From an uncultured virus (IMG/VR IMGVR_UViG_3300025889_000077) (taxonomy: Duplodnaviria; Heunggongvirae; Uroviricota; Caudoviricetes): DNA of 59,382 bases. Position numbers and translations under genes: made by a program. This document shows, in pieces, positions 30,094 to 38,842 of the stretch (within the stretch, counting starts at the first letter, position 1; every line of letters begins with the position of its first letter). The notes below the pieces were generated by a model. It worked only from the letters and a program-made list of their open reading frames with translations, ran no database searches and was not told where the DNA came from. Location: the IMG/VR virus record IMGVR_UViG_3300025889_000077. One strand, written 5' to 3'.

Positions 30094-30318
30094 ATGGAAA
30101 TCGTAGTAGCATTTGTGCTTTTACTTTATGCACAAGGTGAAGTGATTGAACATACAGGACCTTATAGTATTTCAGAATGTTTAAGTGTAAAAAGAGAAAT
30201 TAGGCGTAATGGTTGGAAAGACCGAGGTGACCAAACAAGATATGCATGTGAAGAAAGAGCAGTTCGCCTTGGTAAAAATTGGGAAGGAAAGCAAGTTGTT
30301 GTAGGACTTGCTGACTAA
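30094..30318 (+). CDS. Small exported hypothetical protein
   Basis: Hydrophobic N-terminus, Cys pair, GGAGG RBS. Confidence 0.6.
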   Translation: MEIVVAFVLLLYAQGEVIEHTGPYSISECLSVKREIRRNGWKDRGDQTRYACEERAVRLGKNWEGKQVVVGLAD

Positions 30319-30359
30319 GTTTTGATACTTTCGATGAATGTATATATTATGAAGAAAGA

Positions 30360-30917
30360 ATGATGATGAGGTTTGTGACATTACTATGTTTGGTTTTGAT
30401 TATACTCATAGGTTCGTGCGCAAAACTTCAAGAACAAAAGCATAGAGATTTCTGTGAAACTGGTTTTAGTCTACTTTTCTATAAAGATAATCATTTTTGC
30501 GTATCTAATGATTATTACAAGAAAAACAAAATAAGAATGCCTTTAGGTTATTGGGATGCTATCAAGATTGCGAAAAAGAATGGTTGGAGTTTACCCGATA
30601 AGGATATGGTAAATTTCATATGGTCCAAATCCGATTGTAAACTTGATCCGATACCAATGAAACCGGGTCCAAAAATGGTAAGTTTCAAATATATAAAACG
30701 ACACAATGATATGATAGAGGAACAACTACAAGGACGAAGGTGTAAACTGATTGCTGGGCATAAAAAAGATGTGATATCTGGAGGGGATGACTATGTGACA
30801 ATATATGGTTGGCATAGAAAAAACGGACGACCAATACAACCAGTTTACTCTGGCCACGAAGCAAACTACTATGATTACTCACACGGCATTCGGTTTATCT
30901 ATAGGTTAGAAACATGA
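30360..30917 (+). CDS. Putative lipoprotein
   Basis: IGSC lipobox-like site; AGHKKD, IYGWH...PIQP, DYSHG motifs. Confidence 0.6.
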   Translation: MMMRFVTLLCLVLIILIGSCAKLQEQKHRDFCETGFSLLFYKDNHFCVSNDYYKKNKIRMPLGYWDAIKIAKKNGWSLPDKDMVNFIWSKSDCKLDPIPMKPGPKMVSFKYIKRHNDMIEEQLQGRRCKLIAGHKKDVISGGDDYVTIYGWHRKNGRPIQPVYSGHEANYYDYSHGIRFIYRLET

Positions 30918-31067
30918 AATACGCAAACACATCATTAGGAGATATCATGGATATATTCAAACTGAATAATGTCATGATAAACTCAGGCAAACTTTCTAAA
31001 GAAGAGATAGAGACAGTCTTGCGAGAACAACGAAAAATAAAAGTTGAATTGAAAAGGCGCGACACGG

Positions 31068-31745
31068 ATGACGGGACCGAAAAACAAAATTAAAGAAGAC
31101 CCTGATGGTATTGCTTGGAAAAGATATCCGAAGTATCACGATTGGTTCAACAAACTTTGGTTAGCAGAACGTTTAGGATATGATTGCGGACCCGGTGGTA
31201 TAGCACCAAGCAAATCTGGTGTGTATGTCGTAAGACCGATATACAATTTATATGGCATGGGTGTTTACACAAGATTTCAATACATCAGTTCCGAACAAAA
31301 TAATACTGTAGAACCCGGATTTTTTTGGTGCGAAAGGTTTACAGGCGATCATATATCTGTTACAATGTCTTTTATACACGGAACAAAACCATCTTGGAAG
31401 ATACACAATGTCTGGCAGGGATTTCATGATGATTTGGAAAGATCGTCCAAGTTTTCAAAATGGGTAAGATTATCTCATGATAAATGCCCTGAGATACCAA
31501 ATATTCTAAAAGAACTTTCGGCGATTGAAAAGATAAATGTGGAATTCATAGACGGCAATCTGATTGAAGTTCATTTGCGGCCTTCATTTGAGCCAGATTT
31601 TGATGAAATCATTCCCGTATGGACCTCAGATTATTATGAAAAGAAAATAAAATACAAAGACACACACACTTACATAGAAGATTTTGATGACGCAGGGGGG
31701 CATATGCAAGTAGCCAGAATGGGATTTTATGCTAATGACAGATGA
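31068..31745 (+). CDS. Hypothetical protein, possible ATP-grasp-like fold
   Basis: VRP..NL.GMG, INVEFI....IEVHLR. Confidence 0.55.
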   Translation: MTGPKNKIKEDPDGIAWKRYPKYHDWFNKLWLAERLGYDCGPGGIAPSKSGVYVVRPIYNLYGMGVYTRFQYISSEQNNTVEPGFFWCERFTGDHISVTMSFIHGTKPSWKIHNVWQGFHDDLERSSKFSKWVRLSHDKCPEIPNILKELSAIEKINVEFIDGNLIEVHLRPSFEPDFDEIIPVWTSDYYEKKIKYKDTHTYIEDFDDAGGHMQVARMGFYANDR

Positions 31746-31849
31746 TGATGTAAGAGATTTTGTGAAATTTTTTGGTACTAAAAACTTGCCTAATATAGAT
31801 CAAGAACCAAAGCGATTTGAATTTTACTTGAAAATGTGGAGATTTTTAA

Positions 31850-32236
31850 ATGGAAAATAAACAGTACGTAGTAATCACAACGGTCACAATGCACAAGCAC
31901 AAATATGTAATTCCTGTTGATGATTTACAAAAAGAGAATCCAGATGTTCCTGTAAACCCTATTGAATGGGCGAATGATTGTGTAACAAGTGAAGATGTGA
32001 GTGAACTGTCGCAAGATTATCTTGGCGAAAATATTATTGATACGGAGATTGTGGATGGGGAAGAAAAGATTCTTGAAATCTTTGACAGAGAAAACGAATA
32101 TCTTAAAGACTGGTCAAGAGAACAAAAACTCGAAATGGTACACAACTGGAAATTCGAAGACAAATGGGCAAAACTTGAAAATCCAGGAGAGATACCACGA
32201 GTATATTTTGAGGAAAATCCGGGAAGAGAAACGTGA
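31850..32236 (+). CDS. Hypothetical protein
   Basis: GGAG RBS; 128 aa, acidic. Confidence 0.65.
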   Translation: MENKQYVVITTVTMHKHKYVIPVDDLQKENPDVPVNPIEWANDCVTSEDVSELSQDYLGENIIDTEIVDGEEKILEIFDRENEYLKDWSREQKLEMVHNWKFEDKWAKLENPGEIPRVYFEENPGRET

Positions 32237-32452
32237 AGTGGGTTCTCGTTTATATCCTAGTCACTGATGTAGGTAACGCATATGCCGTGAACGCATATAC
32301 ACCGAAATATTCTTTTGATAAGATGGAAGATTGCTTTGTAGCAAGAGAGAAATTGGCTCTGAGAGTCGGAGGAACTCAAGAAGGTTATTTTCCTTCTGGA
32401 TCTCAAGCAATCTGTGTTGGACTAGAAAGATAAAAAAAATGCATTTTGCCTC

Positions 32453-32500
32453 TTGACATTGCAGTATAAATACACTATATTAAGTATGTAAGAGAGAAAG
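32453..32500 (+). promoter_or_regulatory. Early promoter cassette with embedded late TATAAATA, driving the tRNA cluster
   Basis: TTGACA-17-TATATT; TATAAATA at 32465 within the spacer. Confidence 0.8.
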
Positions 32501-32631
32501 AAAAGTCTCTTCCATTTCGAACAAGGGTTTGTAGTAGAGTGTGTCAAACCTGAAACCCTGCGACTTAGGTCAATACCCATTTAGATCGTCAGTTAGGGCA
32601 CACAATTTATTTTAGCGAGTTAAAAAATTAT

Positions 32632-32706
32632 GGCCGTGGGTTCCTATGGTGGGAAGCTTGACTGTCTATCAAGTCGCAGCGGGTTCAATTCCCGTCACGG
32701 TCGCCA
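32632..32706 (+). tRNA. tRNA-Asp(GTC)
   Basis: CTTGA-CTGTCTA-TCAAG anticodon arm; CCA end. Confidence 0.88.
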
Positions 32707-32775
32707 ATAGACGGATACGAGAATTACGAGTTCTCTCCGGTCCTGGTCAAGACGATAAACTGACCTCCTAATTTC

Positions 32776-32851
32776 GCGGGTATGCTGACGGGTTCAGTCC
32801 TCGGCCTTCCAAGCCGTAGTGTGTAGGGTTCGATTCCCTCTATCCGCTCCA
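32776..32851 (+). tRNA. tRNA-Gly(TCC)
   Basis: CGGC-CTTCCAA-GCCG; GCGGGTA/TATCCGC-T-CCA. Confidence 0.9.
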
Positions 32852-32858
32852 GAAAAAA

Positions 32859-32935
<77 letters not shown>

Positions 32936-32942
32936 ACAAAAT

Positions 32943-33019
32943 GCTTCCGTAGCATAACTGGATAATGCAGCCGACTTCTAATCGGCAGAGTCTGGGTTCG
33001 AGTCCTAGCGGGAGCGCCA
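32943..33019 (+). tRNA. tRNA-Arg(TCT)
   Basis: GCCGA-CTTCTAA-TCGGC. Confidence 0.95.
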
Positions 33020-33030
33020 AATTTAAATGT

Positions 33031-33108
33031 GTGGGTGTAGTCCAACGGGTAGGAGACAACAGACTTAAAATCTGTACAGTGTGGGTTCGAATCCCACCGC
33101 CCACACCA
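33031..33108 (+). tRNA. tRNA-Leu(TAA), short variable loop
   Basis: ACAGA-CTTAAAA-TCTGT. Confidence 0.9.
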
Positions 33109-33115
33109 AACATAT

Positions 33116-33193
33116 GCCCGAGTAGCCCAATTGACAGGAGGCGGCAGATTTAGGATCTGTACAGTGTGGGTTCGAATCCCTCCTCGGGCACCA
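33116..33193 (+). tRNA. tRNA-Leu(TAG), short variable loop
   Basis: GCAGA-TTTAGGA-TCTGT. Confidence 0.9.
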
Positions 33194-33294
33194 AAAAAAG
33201 TTCAAAAAAGTTCAAAAAAGTTCATTTTTCCTCTTGACGAATCATTTTCAAATGACTATATTAAGTGTGTAAGAGAGAGAAAGGAAAACGAATG
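33194..33294 (+). promoter_or_regulatory. Early promoter cassette preceded by three AAAAAAGTTC repeats
   Basis: 10-bp A-tract x3; TTGACG 33234-17-TATATT; GTGTAAGAGAGAGAAAGG leader. Confidence 0.85.
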
Positions 33295-33645
33295 GCTTAC
33301 ATGTCTCAAGAGAAGAAAAAGGCACTTGCTCCCAAGATCAAAGCAGTTCTGAAAGAGTACGGAATGAAAGGCACCATCGGTGTTGACAATCATTCTTCGC
33401 TTGTTGTAAATATCCAGAGCGGTCCTTTGTTCGAAGATGTTGACGGAGATAGTCTGCAAGTGAATGTCTACTGGGTCAAAGATCATTACGAAGGCAAAGA
33501 ACGGAGTTTCTTGATGAAACTGGTTGCCGCGATGAATGAAGGTAACTACAACAACTCTGATATCATGACTGATTATTTCGACGTGGGTTGGTACAACGAT
33601 ATCAACATCGGCAAGTGGAACAAGAAGTATCGGTTCGCTGCTTAA
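33292..33645 (+). CDS. Early hypothetical protein
   Basis: MAYMSQEKKK...NSDIMTDYFDVGWY..INIGKW. Confidence 0.8.
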   Translation: MAYMSQEKKKALAPKIKAVLKEYGMKGTIGVDNHSSLVVNIQSGPLFEDVDGDSLQVNVYWVKDHYEGKERSFLMKLVAAMNEGNYNNSDIMTDYFDVGWYNDINIGKWNKKYRFAA

Positions 33646-33653
33646 AGTAAAAT

Positions 33654-33735
33654 GCAAGCGATGGCTATTGGGTTGCCCATCCGCTCATAACGGATTCCGA
33701 AAGGGGAGCAGGTTCGATTCCTGCCGCTTGCACCA
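33654..33735 (+). tRNA. tRNA with CAT anticodon (Ile2- or Met-like), extended variable arm
   Basis: GCAAGCG/CGCTTGC-A-CCA; ATCCG-CTCATAA-CGGAT; CC-GAAA-GG extra arm. Confidence 0.82.
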
Positions 33736-33742
33736 AATTAAT

Positions 33743-33834
33743 GGAAGTGAGACTCGGTAGTCAGGAGACACTTATAAAGTCTTTAGCCCCAGATTAGGGT
33801 TCTTGAGAGGGTTCAACTCCCTCCACTTCTACCA
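33743..33834 (+). tRNA. tRNA-Ile(TAT)-like, long variable arm
   Basis: GGAAGTG/CACTTCT-A-CCA; loop CTTATAA; GCCC/GGGT extra arm; 4-nt D loop. Confidence 0.8.
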
Positions 33835-33839
33835 AAATA

Positions 33840-33867
33840 GTAGGTTAGATTCCTGCCGCTTGCGCCA
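33840..33867 (+). pseudogene. Duplicated 3' end of the CAT tRNA
   Basis: 25/28 identical to 33708-33735. Confidence 0.8.
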
Positions 33868-33918
33868 AACAAACAGAACAAGAAGCACTGAAAATTGCAC
33901 GGATTCGTAACTACAACT

Positions 33919-33962
33919 CCCAGGCACGAAAGTAGTGAGTTCGACTCTCACCTGGGTCTCCA
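33919..33962 (+). pseudogene. tRNA remnant (T arm plus partial acceptor stem)
   Basis: GTGAG-TTCGACT-CTCAC-CTGGGTC-T-CCA; no D or anticodon arm found. Confidence 0.6.
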
Positions 33963-33967
33963 ATATT

Positions 33968-34041
33968 GCTTCTATAGTTAAATGGTATAACATCGGCTTT
34001 GTAACCCGAAGTTTTCAGTTCGATTCTGAATGGAAGCACCA
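33968..34041 (+). tRNA. tRNA-Thr(TGT)
   Basis: Loop TTTGTAA; GCTTCTA/TGGAAGC-A-CCA. Confidence 0.88.
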
Positions 34042-34081
34042 AAAAAACTTGACTCAGTAGCGAATCGGTGATATAATATAT

Positions 34082-34606
34082 ATGAAAGCAACGAGAGAGA
34101 ATGTTATGAACACCGTCGTCGTATATATGAATGATTACAATGAAGTTTACGTGCGCCATAACGCTACTGTTTCTTCGTTGACTGTTGAAGCTACTAAGCA
34201 TAATGCTGAAACTTCATCTCATTTCGTTTACAAGAATGCTGTGCTGTCTGCTTATATCAAGAGCAAGAATGTACGCATCGTTGAAACGATTGATGCTAAA
34301 GATTATGACGATGCTGAAAACATTAAGCATCGCAAGATTGATGAATACGCAGAAGATTATAAGATTGTTAATCAGCGTGATACTGCTGAGACTTCATCGT
34401 TCTATCGTGAACTGATTGCTGTTGACAAACAAAACGCAAAGAAGAATCCTCGTATTGATGATCGTCTTGCTGACAAAGTGTTCGCTGAGATTAACAAGAA
34501 GTACAATATGAAAAGTCTTGTAGAAAAGTTCTCGTATGAAATTGTTCTTCAAGCACGTAAAACACTGACTGTCACTGAATTTGAACTTCGTTTTTTCAAA
34601 ACATAA
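34082..34606 (+). CDS. Hypothetical protein flanked by 23-bp direct repeats
   Basis: 174 aa; own TTGACT-17-TATAAT promoter. Confidence 0.65.
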   Translation: MKATRENVMNTVVVYMNDYNEVYVRHNATVSSLTVEATKHNAETSSHFVYKNAVLSAYIKSKNVRIVETIDAKDYDDAENIKHRKIDEYAEDYKIVNQRDTAETSSFYRELIAVDKQNAKKNPRIDDRLADKVFAEINKKYNMKSLVEKFSYEIVLQARKTLTVTEFELRFFKT

Positions 34607-34634
34607 AAACTTGACTCAATAGCGAATTTTGCTC

Positions 34635-34695
34635 TTGACATTCGGTTCAAGAATGCTTATATTAATAATGTAAGAGAGAGAAAGGAAATCGAATG
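34635..34695 (+). promoter_or_regulatory. Early promoter/leader cassette copy
   Basis: TTGACA-17-TATATT, TGTAAGAGAGAGAAAGG, ATG at 34693. Confidence 0.85.
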
Positions 34696-35007
34696 AAAAT
34701 CAGTGTACAAGAGTTTAAAGACCTAGTTGAAAGTCTCGAAATGAATGGAGTAGATGTTCATTTTCGGGGCGAATATCACGGACGGTTCTTCTATGAGGGT
34801 ATCGGGGTTGATGTTGAAAATCTCGCCGTTGCCGCTGAAATCGTTGCTGAACTGAAGTATCACGGATACGATCTGGGATCGTGGGATCATCAAGATAACA
34901 TGGGTCTGGGATTCGTCGTTGCTTGGCGGACCAGCAAGTTCGAAGCAGAAGAAGCAGAAGAGACTAATCATTTCGGTGAAGAGTTTTCTTTCGTGAGTGA
35001 TTTGTGA
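34693..35007 (+). CDS. Early hypothetical protein
   Basis: Follows cassette; Y.GR....G...DNMG....AW. Confidence 0.75.
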   Translation: MKISVQEFKDLVESLEMNGVDVHFRGEYHGRFFYEGIGVDVENLAVAAEIVAELKYHGYDLGSWDHQDNMGLGFVVAWRTSKFEAEEAEETNHFGEEFSFVSDL

Positions 35008-35221
35008 TGATCGGCAAATACTATGTCGCTGTTGGTGGTTCGGAAGGTCGCGGTTTGATCTGCTATAGCGAACCACACCCATTCGTGAAAGAATGGAATG
35101 TTCAAGAAGTTACAGAGGTTGACGAGAATATTGCGGAAGCCCTCTGTGACATGTTCAACCATCTTTTGAAAGTAAAGAACAAGTAAAAGGATCGTTCGCC
35201 AACGGTGAAGAAGTTGAGTAC

Positions 35222-35313
35222 GGAGAGTGAACCGGACAGGCGCGCCGGACCGGTCTTGAAAACCGTGGGTACCTCACTGGGGTATGGGCTTCGATTGCAC
35301 CCGCTCTCCGCCA
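35222..35313 (+). tRNA. tRNA-Ser(TGA), apparent 8/4 fold
   Basis: 8-bp acceptor GGAGAGTG/CGCTCTCC, G73, long variable arm, 4-bp T stem with bulged A. Confidence 0.85.
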
Positions 35314-35353
35314 AAAAAAAGGAACTCTTTTGGGTTCCTTTTTTTTATAAATA
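35314..35353 (+). terminator. Terminator followed by T4 late promoter
   Basis: AAGGAACTC/GGGTTCCTT + T tract; TATAAATA at 35346. Confidence 0.8.
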
Positions 35354-35381
35354 GTACAAACGCCACAATGGAGAATGTACT

Positions 35382-35945
35382 GTGAAAAAATTTAAAGATT
35401 TTAGACAAGAAAATTTGCAAGAAGGGGGTCCGTTGATGCCCTTGGTTGTGAAAGCGGCGGCAAAAAAAGTATTGCCCCCTCTTCTGTCGGCAAGCTCGCG
35501 GGCAATGACACACCCAAAAGTAATAAAGAATGCTACTAGATTTTTAGGTATAAGACCAGAAACTTGGGTCGGGGCCGCTACGGGTGCCGGCGCCCTCGCA
35601 AATTATTTAAGCAAAGAGCGCAAAACCAGGCACCCATCTAGAGACAGTCTGCGCTGGGGTGATCCTACAAAGTATCCAGGCGGAACGAGTCTGAAACCTT
35701 TCGGCGGAAAGGGGGATCATAAATATTCGAGGCCTTCAAGATTTAATGTCAATAATAACTTAAATAGTCCCACACCTGGTGTTGTAAACCTACCTAATGA
35801 CGGCAATACCATGGTTGATGATGAAGCACAATACAGAACGTTTCGCGCCGCGCATGGCACCGGCGGTGGTCCGCAAGTAATTACTCCTGGAACGGATCGT
35901 GATATTAACCGTAAAGCACCTAAACGACCGCAAGCGCCGAGATAA
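35382..35945 (+). CDS. Late protein with capsid-targeting-like N-terminus
   Basis: MKKFKDFRQENLQE; late promoter upstream. Confidence 0.65.
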   Translation: MKKFKDFRQENLQEGGPLMPLVVKAAAKKVLPPLLSASSRAMTHPKVIKNATRFLGIRPETWVGAATGAGALANYLSKERKTRHPSRDSLRWGDPTKYPGGTSLKPFGGKGDHKYSRPSRFNVNNNLNSPTPGVVNLPNDGNTMVDDEAQYRTFRAAHGTGGGPQVITPGTDRDINRKAPKRPQAPR

Positions 35946-36183
35946 TAAATTCTGACTTGACTTATATATAATACAGTGATATAATAGGTAATATTATATG
36001 GAGACTGAAAATGAACAAAGAAACATACTTAGGCGATTATGATATCAACTCTATGAAAGAACTCGTTTCTTTGGATAAATGGATAAATGACTTGAACAAG
36101 GACTTAGAGGATTCTGGTTCTTCCGATAGATATTATGTCAGAACGGAAGAAATAGAAAAAACAGAACAGGTTCAAGCATATTT

Positions 36184-36930
36184 ATGTCAGGTATAAGAAC
36201 ATTACTCACCATACTCTTTGTATTGATTTCTTCTTTTGCTCAAGCGAAAGAGTTAAAGGGTAACGAGTGGTATGTTCCGGGAGACTCCATAAAAAGCGAT
36301 GTATTGATACATCAGGGCAGTTACAACATCTCTCTGATTAATTATGATGGCGTTTCTATTGTGCGATTTTATGGAAAAATAGATCGGTCTTCTGTTACTT
36401 ATCTTAAATATATCATTTTAACGACTGGTCCCGAATATGTTGCATTTTCTAGTCCCGGTGGTAATTTCATATCGGGTTTGATAATAGGTGAACTTCTAGA
36501 AAATTTAGGAGTTAAAGTCGTAGTACTACCTTATGATTATTGTTTGTCGGCTTGTGCATATGCAATTATGTATGCGCGGCAATTAGAAATTCATGGTCTT
36601 GTTGGTTTTCATTTGCCATATTTTGATATTCTACCCAAAGACAGAGAAGAAATGAAAAATTTATTATCGGACTATGCTAGTACGTTGTATGGTGTACATT
36701 TATGGATCATTAAACATTTTGGTGATGTGCGTGTTTATACCCATATGTTAAAACATACCGATTTGGATCGTTATGCGACAATCGATTCAAATCAAGATTT
36801 GTTGGACATAAAAAATCCAGATATACCAACAGAATCCACTTTTGATGATATGAATGAAGAAGACATGGTAAAATGGTATCAAATGAAAATCAAAACATAT
36901 GCTAAAATATTAGAAGATCGAGGATTATAA
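36184..36930 (+). CDS. Exported protein with ClpP/crotonase-like region
   Basis: Signal peptide; SPGG, C.SAC, GFH.P. Confidence 0.65.
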   Translation: MSGIRTLLTILFVLISSFAQAKELKGNEWYVPGDSIKSDVLIHQGSYNISLINYDGVSIVRFYGKIDRSSVTYLKYIILTTGPEYVAFSSPGGNFISGLIIGELLENLGVKVVVLPYDYCLSACAYAIMYARQLEIHGLVGFHLPYFDILPKDREEMKNLLSDYASTLYGVHLWIIKHFGDVRVYTHMLKHTDLDRYATIDSNQDLLDIKNPDIPTESTFDDMNEEDMVKWYQMKIKTYAKILEDRGL

Positions 36931-36931
36931 C

Positions 36932-37183
36932 ATGACAGAATATACATTTGATTTCGGATTTACTGCCGTATCCGAAGAAGAAATGGAAACAACGCAACAG
37001 TTAGAGACAACTACCGCAACACTCGTTTCTTCACAAGACAAGATAGATCGGTTGTATAATGCCATTGTTCCTCTCCTGAACAATCTCAAAGCAAATCCCG
37101 AAAAGGAATACATTCGTTGGCCGAACAGACTTGCGAAGGTTGAGGAATTCGAGGATCATATTCAGAGCATTTATAATGCCTGA
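36932..37183 (+). CDS. Conserved-type hypothetical protein
   Basis: FDFGFTAV.E, PLL.NL..NP.K.YI.WPNR. Confidence 0.7.
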   Translation: MTEYTFDFGFTAVSEEEMETTQQLETTTATLVSSQDKIDRLYNAIVPLLNNLKANPEKEYIRWPNRLAKVEEFEDHIQSIYNA

Positions 37184-37395
37184 ATATTGTTGTTCTCATA
37201 GTATTAACGGTGTCCGCTTCGGCATTAGGTTAAAATCGGACACCGAAGAAAATCTAATTGAAAAGTATTCAAAACATTATGAAGATTTTGTGGTTGATGG
37301 AGTGTTCTTAAAAGAGTTTCCTATAACAGAAAGCGAAGAAAAGACGATCCGCAGAAGCGTCATCGTTCCAAAACATGTGAACTGAGGGTAGCGAC

Positions 37396-37890
37396 ATGAC
37401 AAAACCAGTTCATTTCACAGATGAACAAATCACGCAAATAATCGACATTCTATCAGAACTTTCGTCAAAAACAAAAATATACTTTGGATGTGATTCTGTT
37501 CGTATTATTAAAAACGGACAAAAGATGGCAAAGTATGCGACTGTTCTTGTCGTACATAAAAATGGTTCAAACGGTTGTAAGATTTTTCGGAACATATCAT
37601 ATGAACCAGATTATGAAAAGAACATCTCAAGACCTCGTATGAGACTTATGACTGAAGTGTATAAGGTTGCGGAACTGTACATGCAGATGTATCCATACAT
37701 TTTTGGGTATGATATCGAAGTCCATCTTGATGTTAATCCAGACGAAATACACGGCTCTTCATGTGTAGCAAAAGAAGCAGCAGGATACATTCTTGGTGTA
37801 ACTGGAATGGAACCGAAATTGAAACCAGATGCACTGGCGGCATCTTTCGGTGCTGATGGTATTGTTCACGGGTTTCATGAAAGAGTATAA
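37396..37890 (+). CDS. RNase H-like YkuK family protein
   Basis: GCDS, RLMTEV, EVHLDVN, KP.A.AAS..AD. Confidence 0.8.
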   Translation: MTKPVHFTDEQITQIIDILSELSSKTKIYFGCDSVRIIKNGQKMAKYATVLVVHKNGSNGCKIFRNISYEPDYEKNISRPRMRLMTEVYKVAELYMQMYPYIFGYDIEVHLDVNPDEIHGSSCVAKEAAGYILGVTGMEPKLKPDALAASFGADGIVHGFHERV

Positions 37891-37945
37891 GATAAGGAAG
37901 AACTCTTAGGGGTTCATCTTTTTTCATTTTTTTTTATTTTTCCTC

Positions 37946-38009
37946 TTGACAAACCACTTTCAAATGATTATATTAAGTGTGTAAGAGAGAGAAAGAGAGA
38001 ATCACCATG
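37946..38009 (+). promoter_or_regulatory. Early promoter/leader cassette copy
   Basis: TTGACA-17-TATATT; same leader as 21639 and 58533. Confidence 0.85.
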
Positions 38010-38766
38010 TGGAAAGTTATCTGGAACTATCGCGGTCGCCACGGTGGCGAAAAGATGTTCGCTAAAAACTATGCCGCACAATCTTTCGCGAATGTCATGA
38101 TCCGCAAGGATGGCATCACGAAAGTCGGAGTAAAGTTTGCTGGAAAGGAAGCAGCATGATTGACCAAACTCGCGGATTTGCAATAATGAGCGATGCAGGT
38201 GTAGTCTTCGCGTATGAGGAAGATTATGGCAATGCCGCTGAACATCTCATGGTGTTGCAAGAAATGGGCAACAAGGGTTTGAAAATCTGGTATGCTGACG
38301 AAGCAGATGAATATGCCAGTGTCATTGCCCAAGCTTGGTTAGACTCAGACGGTTCAGGAGAAGGACAATTCCTATGAAAAAAGCACGGAAAACGATTGAA
38401 GTTGAAACTCTGCGTGAAATGACAAATCATTTTCTCGCGAATGAAAATACCAATGCTGATGAACGGCAAGGCGTAGTAGATATGCTTGAATCAGTTCTGT
38501 TCCAGACTGGCAATTATCAAGGTTATCGGTATCTTGATACTGCTGAAATCGAAGGAAACGGAACTCGTCGTTACTACTTCTAAAGGAGAGGTGAAATGGA
38601 AGCAATTCTGAAAGACGAAATCAACGCCTATAACGGGATTGAAGTTGATGTGAAAGAACGTCACGAAATGGGTGATGTGATTGTCTACACGGTCGAATGT
38701 GAACCTTATGAGGGTGGTGGCAAAATCTCTTTCGCAGTTCGTGAAGAAAATCTCGAATTTATTTGA
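38007..38766 (+). other. Four small early hypothetical genes
   Basis: ORFs 38007-38159, 38156-38377, 38374-38583 and 38596-38766 with coupled starts/stops or RBS. Confidence 0.7.
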
Positions 38767-38842
38767 AAAAAACGCTTGACACGAATCATTCTTTTGAATA
38801 TAATAATCGTAGAAACAGTGAGAAAACAGAAAGGTAAATCTC

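Noticed and set aside
33265..33291. MCKREK... N-terminal extensions here and at 37977
   Set aside because: These translate the repeated promoter leader; true starts are 33292 and 38007.
35188..35220. GC-richer spacer before tRNA-Ser as another RNA gene
   Set aside because: Too short; no cloverleaf or convincing fold beyond one weak hairpin.
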